A stretch of DNA of 64,000 bases from positions 921-64,920 of the forward strand of contig CAZWLE010000002.1 of NCBI GenBank assembly GCA_964634305.1, written 5' to 3'. Positions 1 through 8,819 of the stretch are shown one piece after another; the first letter of the stretch is position 1; each line of letters begins with the position of its first letter. The notes beneath the pieces were generated by a model. The model searched no databases. It saw only the letters and a list, made by a program, of their open reading frames with translations, and was not told the DNA's origin. This DNA is from an uncultured Candidatus Saccharibacteria bacterium. Its GTDB lineage: Bacteria; Patescibacteriota; Minisyncoccia; Phycocordibacterales; Phycocordibacteraceae. The translations under genes and the position numbers were made by a program.

Positions 1-462
1 GGGGCAGCTATTATTGTCGCTATCGCGCTTGGTGCATGGCTCCTTATGTCTGGTGCTGAGCGCCCAGCGCCGCAGCTCGGTGCTGCTGCGTTTAATGTGT
101 TGTCGGAAGGACAGGATGCGGGGAGTATGACGGAGCGAAAGAACTACCGCATCAAAGATGCTGAGCAACTTCAGGCGCTCTGGCAGATGGTGAAAGGTGA
201 GGATGCACCGTTTGTTGATTTTGAGCGCTACGAAGTACTCGCCATTTTCGACGGCACGCGCGCGTCAGGCGGATACTCGGTTGCAGTAACGTCGGTGGAA
301 GACACCGCGACCGAACGCGCTATCACTATTACGCGTACCGCTCCGGGTGATACCTGTATCACGACGCAAGCAATCACAAGTCCGTACACTATTGTGGTAG
401 CACCAAAGACAGATGCTCCTATCGTGCGTACTGATGTTGAAGAAGTAGTTGAGTGCGAGTAA
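1..462 (+). CDS. Partial CDS with 5' end outside the window. It encodes an N-terminal TM helix followed by a PrcB_C-like domain (tentative).
   Basis: Frame 1 is open from nt 1 (GAAIIVAIALGAWLL is TM-like) and runs into the 46..462 ORF. The segment YEVLAIFDGTRASGGYSVAVTSVE...TSPYTIVVAPKTD resembles PrcB C-terminal domain signatures from memory. Confidence 0.5.
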   Translation, partial: GAAIIVAIALGAWLLMSGAERPAPQLGAAAFNVLSEGQDAGSMTERKNYRIKDAEQLQALWQMVKGEDAPFVDFERYEVLAIFDGTRASGGYSVAVTSVEDTATERAITITRTAPGDTCITTQAITSPYTIVVAPKTDAPIVRTDVEEVVECE

Positions 463-1777
463 TTCGCCACAAGGGAGTGCATGCGTTACGATGCCCGCAA
501 TGGACGCATCAGCGCATTTTCGCGGTAAGCGCATAACCCTCACGGGACTTGGCCTTCTGGGGCGAGGGGTAGGCGACGCACGGTATCTAGCAGAGTGTGG
601 TGCCGACCTCATCGTCACTGACCTAAAAACGGCGGAGGAACTTGCACCGAGTGTGAAGGCGCTTGAAGGCTTGCAGATAACGTTTGTACTCGGCGAGCAT
701 CGTCTCGAAGATTTTCAGAATAGAGAGTTGATTATCAAAGGTCCCAAAACCCCACTCGATTCTCCATACATACGAGAAGCAGAAAAGAATGGTATTCCGG
801 TCACGATGTCGACGGCGCTGTTTGCAAAATACGCAAAGGAGGCAGGAGCAACGATTGTTGGCACGACGGGTACGCGCGGCAAAACCACTACGACAGAAAT
901 GATTGCGCACATACTGCGCACGGCAGGGAAGAAGGTACTCCTTGGCGGTAATATTCGCGGCGTCTCAACACTCGCACTACTTCCACAGGTAACGAGTGAC
1001 ACTATTGCCGTGCTCGAGCTCGATTCGTGGCAGCTCCAAGGATTTGGTGCAGAGAAGATAAGTCCAGATGTGGCGGTATTCACGAACCTTATGCCTGACC
1101 ATCAGGACTACTACGGAAACATGGATGCGTACTTTGCAGATAAAGCAGAAATCTATCGGCACCAGAATGCAGGCGGCGTATTGATTACGACCGAAGGGTT
1201 ACGTGAGCGTGTAGGTGATGCGCATGGTGAAGTGCGTATTGCCACCGCCTACGACGGAACGCTTCTTGTCCCAGGAACGCATAACCGTATGAATGCAGGA
1301 TGCGCGCTCCTTGCAACTGACGCACTTGGTGTAGACGGACGCGACGCGCTCGCCTTGTTTGCAGGCGTTGAAGGACGGCTTGAACAAGTGCGTGAGAAAG
1401 ACGGTGTTCGTTTTTATAACGACACAACGGCAACGACACCAGAAGCGACCCGTGCTGCGCTCGCTGCAGTTGAAGGCGACATTGTGCTTATTATGGGAGG
1501 CTCAGACAAAGGTCTTGATATGGGTAATCTTCTTGTTGAGATACCAAAACGAGTAAAGCGACTCATTATGCTTCCGGGTACCGGCACGGACCGCGTTCTT
1601 GAATTCCTGCCAGGTGCATCAGTGTATGACTCTATGGAGACTGCGGTGAAAGAAGCGGCTCGCTCCGCAAGCGAGGGTGATGCAGTACTGCTCTCTCCAG
1701 CATTCGCCTCATTTGGTCTTTTTGCGAATGAATACGAACGTGGTGATGCGTTTGTGCAGTCGGTTACTGCGCTATGA
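449..1777 (+). CDS. murD: UDP-N-acetylmuramoyl-L-alanine--D-glutamate ligase (MurD); the start may instead be the ATG at 491 or 500.
   Basis: Mur-ligase P-loop GTTGTRGKTTTTEMIAHIL, motif NDTTATTPEATRAAL (like NDSKATN of MurD), and a GLGLLGRG N-terminal Rossmann motif. Confidence 0.8.
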   Translation: MSASNSPQGSACVTMPAMDASAHFRGKRITLTGLGLLGRGVGDARYLAECGADLIVTDLKTAEELAPSVKALEGLQITFVLGEHRLEDFQNRELIIKGPKTPLDSPYIREAEKNGIPVTMSTALFAKYAKEAGATIVGTTGTRGKTTTTEMIAHILRTAGKKVLLGGNIRGVSTLALLPQVTSDTIAVLELDSWQLQGFGAEKISPDVAVFTNLMPDHQDYYGNMDAYFADKAEIYRHQNAGGVLITTEGLRERVGDAHGEVRIATAYDGTLLVPGTHNRMNAGCALLATDALGVDGRDALALFAGVEGRLEQVREKDGVRFYNDTTATTPEATRAALAAVEGDIVLIMGGSDKGLDMGNLLVEIPKRVKRLIMLPGTGTDRVLEFLPGASVYDSMETAVKEAARSASEGDAVLLSPAFASFGLFANEYERGDAFVQSVTAL

Positions 1778-2415
1778 ACGAGGTAGATAACGCAGCACGG
1801 GTCGTGTGGGACTACATGCTGATGCATCAGGACATACAGCCTGCGGACGCCATTGTTGTACTCGGTTCTATCGATATGCGTGTTGCTGACCGTGGGGCAG
1901 AGCTATACGCAGCAGGTCTTGCTCCTCGTGTGGTCTGCACAGGATATAGAGGAAGAGGCACTGATGGATTCTCCGATACGGAAGGACGATTGCTTGCCAA
2001 TAGACTTATCGCATTGGGCGTTCCAGAAGAAGTGATTCTGATTGAAGAAGCAGCCACAAACACTGGTGAGAATGCGACGTATACACGCTCTCTTCTTGAA
2101 CGCGAAGGTATAGCGGTGCAGAGCATTATCGTCGTAACAAAGCCCTACATGGAGCGCCGCGCATACGCGACCTTTGCAAAACAATGGCCAGAGGTAACGG
2201 CATATATTACTTCGCCGCAACTTTCTTACGACACTTATTTTCCGGACGAAGCATTCAAAACCGACACCATTACCATGATGGTTGGGGACTTGGAACGCAT
2301 ACGTCGCTACGGTGCGGAAGGGTTTCAAATTCCTCAGGACATACCAGAGTCAGTTGAAACGGCATACAACGAGCTGATTGCACTTGGCTACAACCGCTAC
2401 GTTCCTCAATCATGA
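1774..2415 (+). CDS. DUF218 (YdcF/ElyC/SanA-like) protein
   Basis: Pattern IVVLGS...CTGYRG...EEAATNTGENA is typical of DUF218. It is start/stop-coupled to murD and murI. Confidence 0.65.
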   Translation: MNEVDNAARVVWDYMLMHQDIQPADAIVVLGSIDMRVADRGAELYAAGLAPRVVCTGYRGRGTDGFSDTEGRLLANRLIALGVPEEVILIEEAATNTGENATYTRSLLEREGIAVQSIIVVTKPYMERRAYATFAKQWPEVTAYITSPQLSYDTYFPDEAFKTDTITMMVGDLERIRRYGAEGFQIPQDIPESVETAYNELIALGYNRYVPQS

Positions 2416-3173
2416 TAGGTATCTTTGATTCCGGCGCTGGCGGGCTCACGGTCCTTTCTGCAGTACGGAAGCGGTTGCCACACTCTGACGTGGTCTATTT
2501 TGGCGACACCGCGTATGCGCCGTATGGTCCTCGCACCCGTGAAGAAATCACTGCACGCACGATAGAGGCAATGCGCGTGTTGGCGCGCGAGAAAGCAACG
2601 AGTGTTCTCTCAGCATGTAACAGCGTGTCTGCCTCTCTTGCTGTCTCATTGTTTGATGCGGCGGCACTTCCTGCAGAACGACTGATTGAAATGGTAGGAC
2701 CGACAGTTGCAAGCTTTAGAGGTTCCGAAGAGCGACTCCTTATCGCAGCAACGCCCGCTACTATCGCGTCTGGAATCTATCAGAATGCATTCCAGATGAT
2801 AGGGAAGGAGGTAACGATGCTACCTATTCCCGCACTTGCTGGCGCCCTTGAACAAGGTGCTGATGAAGCAGAACTCGACCGTATCGTGCACGAGGCTCTC
2901 GCACCTCTCGACCTTACGCAGTTTGATACGCTCGTACTCGCGTGTACGCACTATCCGCTCGCACTCTCGTCATTTGTACGTGCTGTTCAGGACCGCCTAC
3001 GCATTGCGGACCCTGCAGAAGCAGTAGCGGCGCGCGTTGAGCGTGATTGGTGGCCGCGTGAGGCAGGATACGGCACGACACGCTTTCTTATAAGCGGTGA
3101 ATCGGCGCCATTTCGTACGTTGGTGGCGAACCTCTTCCCTGAGAGCGCGGAAAAGATTGAAGTGCTAGAGTAG
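2412..3173 (+). CDS. murI: Glutamate racemase
   Basis: IGIFDSGAGGLTV N-terminal motif and LACTHYPL second catalytic-Cys motif. Confidence 0.9.
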   Translation: MIGIFDSGAGGLTVLSAVRKRLPHSDVVYFGDTAYAPYGPRTREEITARTIEAMRVLAREKATSVLSACNSVSASLAVSLFDAAALPAERLIEMVGPTVASFRGSEERLLIAATPATIASGIYQNAFQMIGKEVTMLPIPALAGALEQGADEAELDRIVHEALAPLDLTQFDTLVLACTHYPLALSSFVRAVQDRLRIADPAEAVAARVERDWWPREAGYGTTRFLISGESAPFRTLVANLFPESAEKIEVLE

Positions 3174-3178
3174 CCTCA

Positions 3179-4438
3179 ATGAAGGCATATTTCGTCGGTA
3201 TTGGCGGCATCGGCATGAGCGCCCTCGCGCAGCTCATGCAGGATGAGGGTACTGAGGTATCGGGTAGCGACCGGGAAGCAAGTCCGACCACGGAGTTGTT
3301 GGAGCGAAATAATATTGTCGTGACGATAGGGCAGGCAGCGGAGAATGTGCCTGCTGATGCAGACGTCGTTATATATACGGAAGCAGCATGGGAAGACAAT
3401 GTCGAACGTATGCGGGCGAAGGAACTTGGTCTTCGTCAGATGTCGTACTTTGAAGCGCTTGGCGAAGTGTCCGCACGAAAGCGCACCATTGCCGTTGCGG
3501 GTACGCACGGCAAGACCACGACCACGGCAATGACCGCACGTATATTGCGCGAGGCAGGCGTCGCACCCTATGCGGTCGTCGGTTCCATTGTGAAGGATTT
3601 CGGTAGTAACTATCTAGAAGGAGATTCTGATTGGTTGGTCGTTGAAGCGTGTGAGTACAAGCGCGACTTTCTTACGCTTTCGCCAGAGATTTTGGTGGTC
3701 ACCAATATTGAATGGGACCACACGGATTACTATCCAAACCTTGCTGCAGTGCAGGACGCATTCCGTGCACTCATGGAAAAAGCGAACGTAGTCGTTACAG
3801 ATACGAACCATCCAAACATCGCACCGCTTCTCGTCGGTCTTTCTGCACGCGTCGTTAACTACACAGGCATGCCGACATATGAGACGAAGCTGCCAGGCGC
3901 GTTTAATGCCATGAATGCACGCGCAGCAGCCGCAGCAGCAACGGCTGCATCGCAAGACATGCCGGAAGAAACGATACGTGCAGCGCTCGCCTCGTTTGAG
4001 GGAACCTGGCGTCGCTTTGAGTACAAAGGAAAGACAAAGCGGGGCGCAGACGTCTACGACGATTATGCGCATCATCCCACTGCGGTAGCGGGTACGCTCG
4101 CTGAAATGCGAGCGCGTACGAAAGGGAACCTCTACGTGGCATTTCATCCGCACCTCTATAGCCGCACGAAAGATTTGCTTGAAGGATTTGCAACGGCATT
4201 TGCGGCAGCAGATAAGGTACTGATTGCTCCTATATACCCGGCACGTGAAATCGATGACGGCACCATGAGTAACGACATTCTTGCAAAGAAGATTGCAGAA
4301 ACTGGGAAGGACGCAAAGGCTGCAGATTTCATAGAGATTCAGCGCTACTTTGAGACAGAACCAGGAGAGGGAGATACGGTCGTCACTATGGGTGCAGGAG
4401 ATATATATAAGGTAGCGGACGAATTGGTCGCGCCATAA
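3179..4438 (+). CDS. murC: UDP-N-acetylmuramate--L-alanine ligase
   Basis: YFVGIGGIGMSALAQL...VSGSD N-terminus and P-loop GTHGKTTTTAM. Confidence 0.9.
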   Translation: MKAYFVGIGGIGMSALAQLMQDEGTEVSGSDREASPTTELLERNNIVVTIGQAAENVPADADVVIYTEAAWEDNVERMRAKELGLRQMSYFEALGEVSARKRTIAVAGTHGKTTTTAMTARILREAGVAPYAVVGSIVKDFGSNYLEGDSDWLVVEACEYKRDFLTLSPEILVVTNIEWDHTDYYPNLAAVQDAFRALMEKANVVVTDTNHPNIAPLLVGLSARVVNYTGMPTYETKLPGAFNAMNARAAAAAATAASQDMPEETIRAALASFEGTWRRFEYKGKTKRGADVYDDYAHHPTAVAGTLAEMRARTKGNLYVAFHPHLYSRTKDLLEGFATAFAAADKVLIAPIYPAREIDDGTMSNDILAKKIAETGKDAKAADFIEIQRYFETEPGEGDTVVTMGAGDIYKVADELVAP

Positions 4439-4445
4439 AACACGA

Positions 4446-4469
4446 CGGCCGGCTCGTGAGAGCCGGCCG
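4446..4469. terminator. GC-rich hairpin between the convergent murC and the minus-strand ORF; possible bidirectional terminator.
   Basis: CGGCCGGCTC gtga GAGCCGGCCG is a perfect 10-bp stem. A T-rich tract is present only on the minus side. Confidence 0.45.
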
Positions 4470-4479
4470 CGGAACGTAT

Positions 4480-5043
4480 TCAGACGTCCCGAAGGAAGAT
4501 GTTCTTGGGCCATGCAAAGCAGTACTCGGCCAGGACATCGATGATGGTTCCTGATGGAGTCGCGGCGCCACGAATCTCGACGGTAGACTTGAGGGGACCA
4601 AGCGCCTTACGCAGAGCCGCTTTTGCTCGTGGCAGATGCCACCAGCGTGCGACCACATATATGGCCTCCTTTCTTCCCTCAAGCGGCATACGCTGCATAC
4701 GCTCCTTACGAAGCATGGTAGCGAATGCCTGCATTTCTCCGGCAGTGCGGAATTGAAAGCCTTTGACGTCGATTTTCTTGATGCGCACGTGCGCGTAACG
4801 TCTCTGCTTTTTGAAGTAGTCAGTCATGACCTCCTGACCACTCTTCCTAATGCCCGGCTTGTGGCCAGCGGCAGGACAAAGCTGTGCATCCGAATGCTTG
4901 AAGTACAGGTCGGCTGCTTTCCGGCAGATTTCCTGACTGTTAGGCTTAAGGGTGACATGGACCATCGAGTGCTCCCCGGGCCCAGGTAGACGTACACGCA
5001 GTTCGTCCCAGCCGGCGAGTAAAGGGATTATCCAGGTGGTCAA
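4480..5043 (-). CDS. Hypothetical basic protein, 187 aa, family not recognised.
   Basis: Longest ORF in the 4.44–5.14 kb gap. It is divergent from rsmI. It has a single HVTL (HxT) motif, with no second copy that would support a 2H phosphoesterase. Confidence 0.4.
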   Translation of the reverse strand: MTTWIIPLLAGWDELRVRLPGPGEHSMVHVTLKPNSQEICRKAADLYFKHSDAQLCPAAGHKPGIRKSGQEVMTDYFKKQRRYAHVRIKKIDVKGFQFRTAGEMQAFATMLRKERMQRMPLEGRKEAIYVVARWWHLPRAKAALRKALGPLKSTVEIRGAATPSGTIIDVLAEYCFAWPKNIFLRDV

Positions 5044-5137
5044 TTGACCCTCCCATCTGTGAAGTTACTCCCGTAGCGATAGTGCACTGTCTTGCGATAG
5101 AGGGCAACTATGGTGCCCGGAGAGAGTATATGAGACA

Positions 5138-5824
5138 GTGTCGGCTATGGGAACCCTCTCCATTGTCGGCACGCCTATCGGAAACCTCGGGGATATCACT
5201 CTTCGAGCACTCGAGACCTTAAAACAGGCAGACACTATCGCGTGCGAAGACACACGCGTAACGTCAAAGCTTCTGGCCAAGTACGACATTCAAAAACCGC
5301 TCCTCATTTTTCATGCGCAGAGCGGTCGGGCAGCATACGAACGGGTGCTTGCACAACTTGCAGAAGGGAAGCGGGTCGCACTCGTTACTGATGCCGGAAC
5401 GCCCGGTATCTCAGACCCAGGCACCGCGCTTGTGGCAACGGTGCGTAATCGGTTGCCGGACGTGCGCATAGAAGCGATACCAGGACCGTCAGCACTCGCT
5501 GCGGCACTCTCCATTGCGGGCGTACCTACCGACGCCTTCGTATTCCTCGGCTTCTTGCCGCACAAGAAAGGCCGTCAGACGTTGTTTAAGGAGATTGCTG
5601 CGGAAGAACGTACGGTAGTGTTCTATGAATCACCGCATCGCATAGAAAAGGCACTCGCGTCCCTTGAAGAGGTGCTTCCTGCAGAGAAGCAGGTGACGGT
5701 CGCACGCGAGCTCACCAAACTTCATGAATCTCTGGTGCAGGGCTCAGCGAGTGAAGTAGCCGCCTATTTTGCCAAGAAACAGGGAGAAGTCCGTGGAGAA
5801 TTTGTGGTCATAGTCTCTGCTTGA
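5138..5824 (+). CDS. rsmI: 16S rRNA (cytidine1402-2'-O)-methyltransferase RsmI (tetrapyrrole-methylase fold).
   Basis: IVGTPIGNLGDITLRALETLKQADTIACEDTRVTSKLL is the canonical RsmI N-terminus. Confidence 0.9.
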   Translation: MSAMGTLSIVGTPIGNLGDITLRALETLKQADTIACEDTRVTSKLLAKYDIQKPLLIFHAQSGRAAYERVLAQLAEGKRVALVTDAGTPGISDPGTALVATVRNRLPDVRIEAIPGPSALAAALSIAGVPTDAFVFLGFLPHKKGRQTLFKEIAAEERTVVFYESPHRIEKALASLEEVLPAEKQVTVARELTKLHESLVQGSASEVAAYFAKKQGEVRGEFVVIVSA

Positions 5825-5836
5825 TACGATGCATAC

Positions 5837-6031
5837 ATGCAAAAGCGCACTGTTCTTGTCGTTATCGGTATCATCATCGCGCTCTCACCGTTTGCGGGCC
5901 TCCCGTATTCAGCACTCATGTGGCTCCTTCCTATACTCGGCATCATTACGGCCGTGCTCGCATATCCGTTCCGTGCGCGACCGCGGGCAGTAGAGTCAGA
6001 CGCTCCACATGAGACGACGCCCGGTATCTAG
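5837..6031 (+). CDS. Small two-TM membrane protein, 64 aa (tentative).
   Basis: Two hydrophobic helices (VLVVIGIIIALSPFAGL and LMWLLPILGIITAVLAY). It sits between rsmI and the next gene and overlaps that gene by 23 nt. Confidence 0.35.
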   Translation: MQKRTVLVVIGIIIALSPFAGLPYSALMWLLPILGIITAVLAYPFRARPRAVESDAPHETTPGI

Positions 6032-7094
6032 GACCGAACTCACCATAGTGCTCGTTGCAGTCGTAGGATTTCTCATTGGTGGTCTTGCGATACCGCGTCT
6101 TGCCTCAACCACCTACTCAAAAGGGGAGCCTATAGAGGAAGCAACGACAGGACTGTTCACGAAAAAAGAACCTGAGCCAACGTTGGATAAGGATGCGTAT
6201 GACCGCAAGATGCGGTTTCTTGCACACATTGATGAGGCAGCGACGACGTCAACCTCAACCGTGAAGTCGCTTTGGCCGGTGACTGATGCGCCGTACCCCC
6301 TTCCTGGTGCCATTCTGCCGTTTAAGCGTATCGTCGCGTACTACGGCAATTTCTACTCAACCAAGATGGGTATTCTCGGAGAGTTTGATGAAGGGACGGT
6401 GCTCGCAAAGCTAAAGAGCGAGAAAGCGGCGTGGGAAGCAGCGGACCCTGAGACACCGGTCATTATGGCCATCGACTACATTGCGATTACCGCACAAGGC
6501 TCACCGCAGGCAGATAACACGTACAAACTCCGCATGCCAGGCGAGCACATTCAGCGCGCGATTGATATGGCCCGAAAAGTAGAGGGCATCACTATTCTTG
6601 AGATGCAAATTGGCTACTCAACTCTTGAAAGAGAGTTGCCACTCCTTGAGCAATATCTGAAGGAACCTGACGTCCATCTTGCCCTTGACCCAGAGTTCTC
6701 AATGAAACCAGGTGCGCTTCCACCGGGCGATGAGATTGGTACATTTTCTTCCGCCGACATCAACTACACCATCAACTACCTATCAGAAATCGTGAAGGCA
6801 AACAACTTGCCGCCAAAGATACTCGTCATCCATCGCTTTACGCAGAATATGGTTACGGGCTACGCAAATATTCACCCAACGCCTGAGGTACAGGTCGTTA
6901 TGGTTATGGACGGGTGGGGCTTTGGGGCAAAGAAGATAAACACCTACAACCAGGTTATCTATCCTGAGCCTGTGCAGTTCACCGGTTTCAAGATTTTCTA
7001 CAAGAACGACATGAAGCCACCATCAACCCGCCTTCTTTCACCTGCAGAAGTGCTCGAACTCACGCCGTCACCTTCGTTCATCCAGTATCAGTAG
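6009..7094 (+). CDS. Membrane-anchored exported protein of unknown function; possible TIM-barrel glycosidase-like fold.
   Basis: N-terminal TM (LTIVLVAVVGFLIGGLAI), then a 330-aa soluble region with alternating hydrophobic/acidic (beta/alpha-like) periodicity. No recognised catalytic motif. Confidence 0.55.
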   Translation: MRRRPVSRTELTIVLVAVVGFLIGGLAIPRLASTTYSKGEPIEEATTGLFTKKEPEPTLDKDAYDRKMRFLAHIDEAATTSTSTVKSLWPVTDAPYPLPGAILPFKRIVAYYGNFYSTKMGILGEFDEGTVLAKLKSEKAAWEAADPETPVIMAIDYIAITAQGSPQADNTYKLRMPGEHIQRAIDMARKVEGITILEMQIGYSTLERELPLLEQYLKEPDVHLALDPEFSMKPGALPPGDEIGTFSSADINYTINYLSEIVKANNLPPKILVIHRFTQNMVTGYANIHPTPEVQVVMVMDGWGFGAKKINTYNQVIYPEPVQFTGFKIFYKNDMKPPSTRLLSPAEVLELTPSPSFIQYQ

Positions 7095-7109
7095 CGGTAT
7101 ACTACGTGT

Positions 7110-8777
7110 ATGGATAACCCGGAACGGGTAACGTACTTTGCGGCAACGGATACACGCGGCAAGCGTGTGCCGTTTGGTATTAAGGAAAAAGACCGTGCGC
7201 GTCACATGTACGTTATTGGAAAGACGGGTATGGGTAAATCGACCATGCTCGAGAACATGGCAATTCAAGACATCCAAAACGGAGAAGGCATTTCGTTCAT
7301 TGACCCGCACGGTTCTACCGCTGAAAAACTGCTTGAGTACGTTCCGGAACACCGCATCAATGATGTTGTGTATTTCGCCCCGTTTGATCTCGACCATCCG
7401 ATTGCCTTCAACGTGATGGAGGATGTGGGGTACGACAAACGTCACCTCGTCGTGTCGGGCCTCATGGCGACCTTCAAGAAGATTTGGGTGGACGCGTGGA
7501 GCGCTCGTATGGAGTACATCCTCTCGAACACCCTCCTTGCGCTGCTGGAGTACCCTGATGCAACCCTTCTCGGGGTGAACCGTATGTATGTCGACAAGGG
7601 CTATCGAAAGAAAGTCGTCGATAACGTTAAAGACCCTGTCGTGAAGGACTTCTGGGTAAAGGAGTTCAACACGTATACCGACCGTTACACCCAAGAGGCA
7701 ACGCCGGCTATTCAGAACAAGATTGGTCAGTTCACGAGTAATCCTTTGATTCGTAACATCATCGGCCAGCCGAAGTCGTCGTTTGATATTCGTGATCTCA
7801 TGGATCAGAAGAAGATTCTCATCATGAATCTTTCGAAGGGACTGGTAGGAGAAACGAACATGAAGCTTCTCGGCTCGATGCTCACGACGCGCATTTTCCT
7901 TGGCGCTATGAGTCGTGCGGATGTAGCGGCTCGCGACATGTCACGATTGCCTAATAGTTTCTTTTTTGTGGACGAGTTCCAGAACTTCGCGAACGATACG
8001 TTTGCAGAAATTCTCTCTGAGGCGCGTAAGTACAAACTTAACCTTACGATTGCGCACCAGTACATCGAGCAAATGGAGGAAGAGGTACAGGCAGCCGTCT
8101 TTGGTAACGTCGGTACAACCGTGACGTTCCGTGTTGGTCCGTTTGATGCAGAAACACTGGAGACCGTGTTTTCACCTGAGTTCGAACAAGAGGACCTGGT
8201 GAATCTTGGCTTTGCGCAGATTTACCTGACGCTGATGATTGATGGCATTGGGTCACGACCGTTCTCTGCCCTCACTCTGCCGCCTATTGAGCCGCCGCGA
8301 CGTACGTTTAAGAAGGAGGTGGTGGAAGCGTCCAGAGCGCGCTTTGCGACGCCGCGTGAGAAAATAGAAACCGCTATCTACGATGAGCTCTCACTCATTA
8401 TGGATGCGACGGTTGAAGCAGCGCCACCACCACGACCAAAATGGGACGGACAGAAAAAGAAGAAACCGCAGCAGCAAGGTGGCGGCGGGGGAGGTGGTGA
8501 GAAAAAGAAACCCGCACCACCAGCTCCTTCTGCGCCGTCGCAGGATTTGCGTGCTGCTATTGAGGCGCTCACGAAGGACACAAAGCAGCAAGAGGCGCAC
8601 AAAGAAGCGGAGAAGCGTGAAGAGCTCAAAGAGACGATTGCACACGTCATTCCTCCTCCTGCTCCGCGTCCTACGCCGCCTCCTGCGCCCCAGCAGTCCG
8701 TCCCTCCTCCTCAGCCGAAGCGTGCAGGATTTGAGGTGCCTGAGGAAGAATTGAAGGCTATTTTTGAGGAGAAATAG
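7110..8777 (+). CDS. TraD/VirD4/TrwB-like (type IV coupling protein/DUF87) P-loop ATPase with a disordered Pro/Gly/Lys-rich C-terminal tail.
   Basis: Walker A VIGKTGMGKST, then FIDPHG (TrwB-like) and a FFVDEF Walker-B-like motif. The last ~120 aa are low complexity (KKKKPQQQGGGGGGGEKKKPAPPAP...PPPAPRPTPPPAP). Confidence 0.55.
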   Translation: MDNPERVTYFAATDTRGKRVPFGIKEKDRARHMYVIGKTGMGKSTMLENMAIQDIQNGEGISFIDPHGSTAEKLLEYVPEHRINDVVYFAPFDLDHPIAFNVMEDVGYDKRHLVVSGLMATFKKIWVDAWSARMEYILSNTLLALLEYPDATLLGVNRMYVDKGYRKKVVDNVKDPVVKDFWVKEFNTYTDRYTQEATPAIQNKIGQFTSNPLIRNIIGQPKSSFDIRDLMDQKKILIMNLSKGLVGETNMKLLGSMLTTRIFLGAMSRADVAARDMSRLPNSFFFVDEFQNFANDTFAEILSEARKYKLNLTIAHQYIEQMEEEVQAAVFGNVGTTVTFRVGPFDAETLETVFSPEFEQEDLVNLGFAQIYLTLMIDGIGSRPFSALTLPPIEPPRRTFKKEVVEASRARFATPREKIETAIYDELSLIMDATVEAAPPPRPKWDGQKKKKPQQQGGGGGGGEKKKPAPPAPSAPSQDLRAAIEALTKDTKQQEAHKEAEKREELKETIAHVIPPPAPRPTPPPAPQQSVPPPQPKRAGFEVPEEELKAIFEEK

Positions 8778-8819
8778 GAGATTTGAGAAAGAACCTCATT
8801 CATCCTATGCTAGGCATTC

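Noticed and set aside
3614-4513. 299-aa minus-strand ORF antisense to murC, and similar long antisense ORFs at 29070..29630, 32951..33778, 36532..37110 and 37641..38183.
   Set aside because: They lie entirely within well-supported genes on the opposite strand (murC, GT4, Wzy_C, secA) and are Cys/Arg-rich and low-complexity, as expected for antisense frames of GC-rich genes.
8400-8777. Poly-Gly/poly-Pro tail of the TraD-like protein as a frameshift or assembly error.
   Set aside because: The frame stays open through the tail and ends at a stop 42 nt before the next gene. The tail is compositionally coherent (PAPP/PPPAP repeats), as seen in disordered C-termini of coupling proteins.
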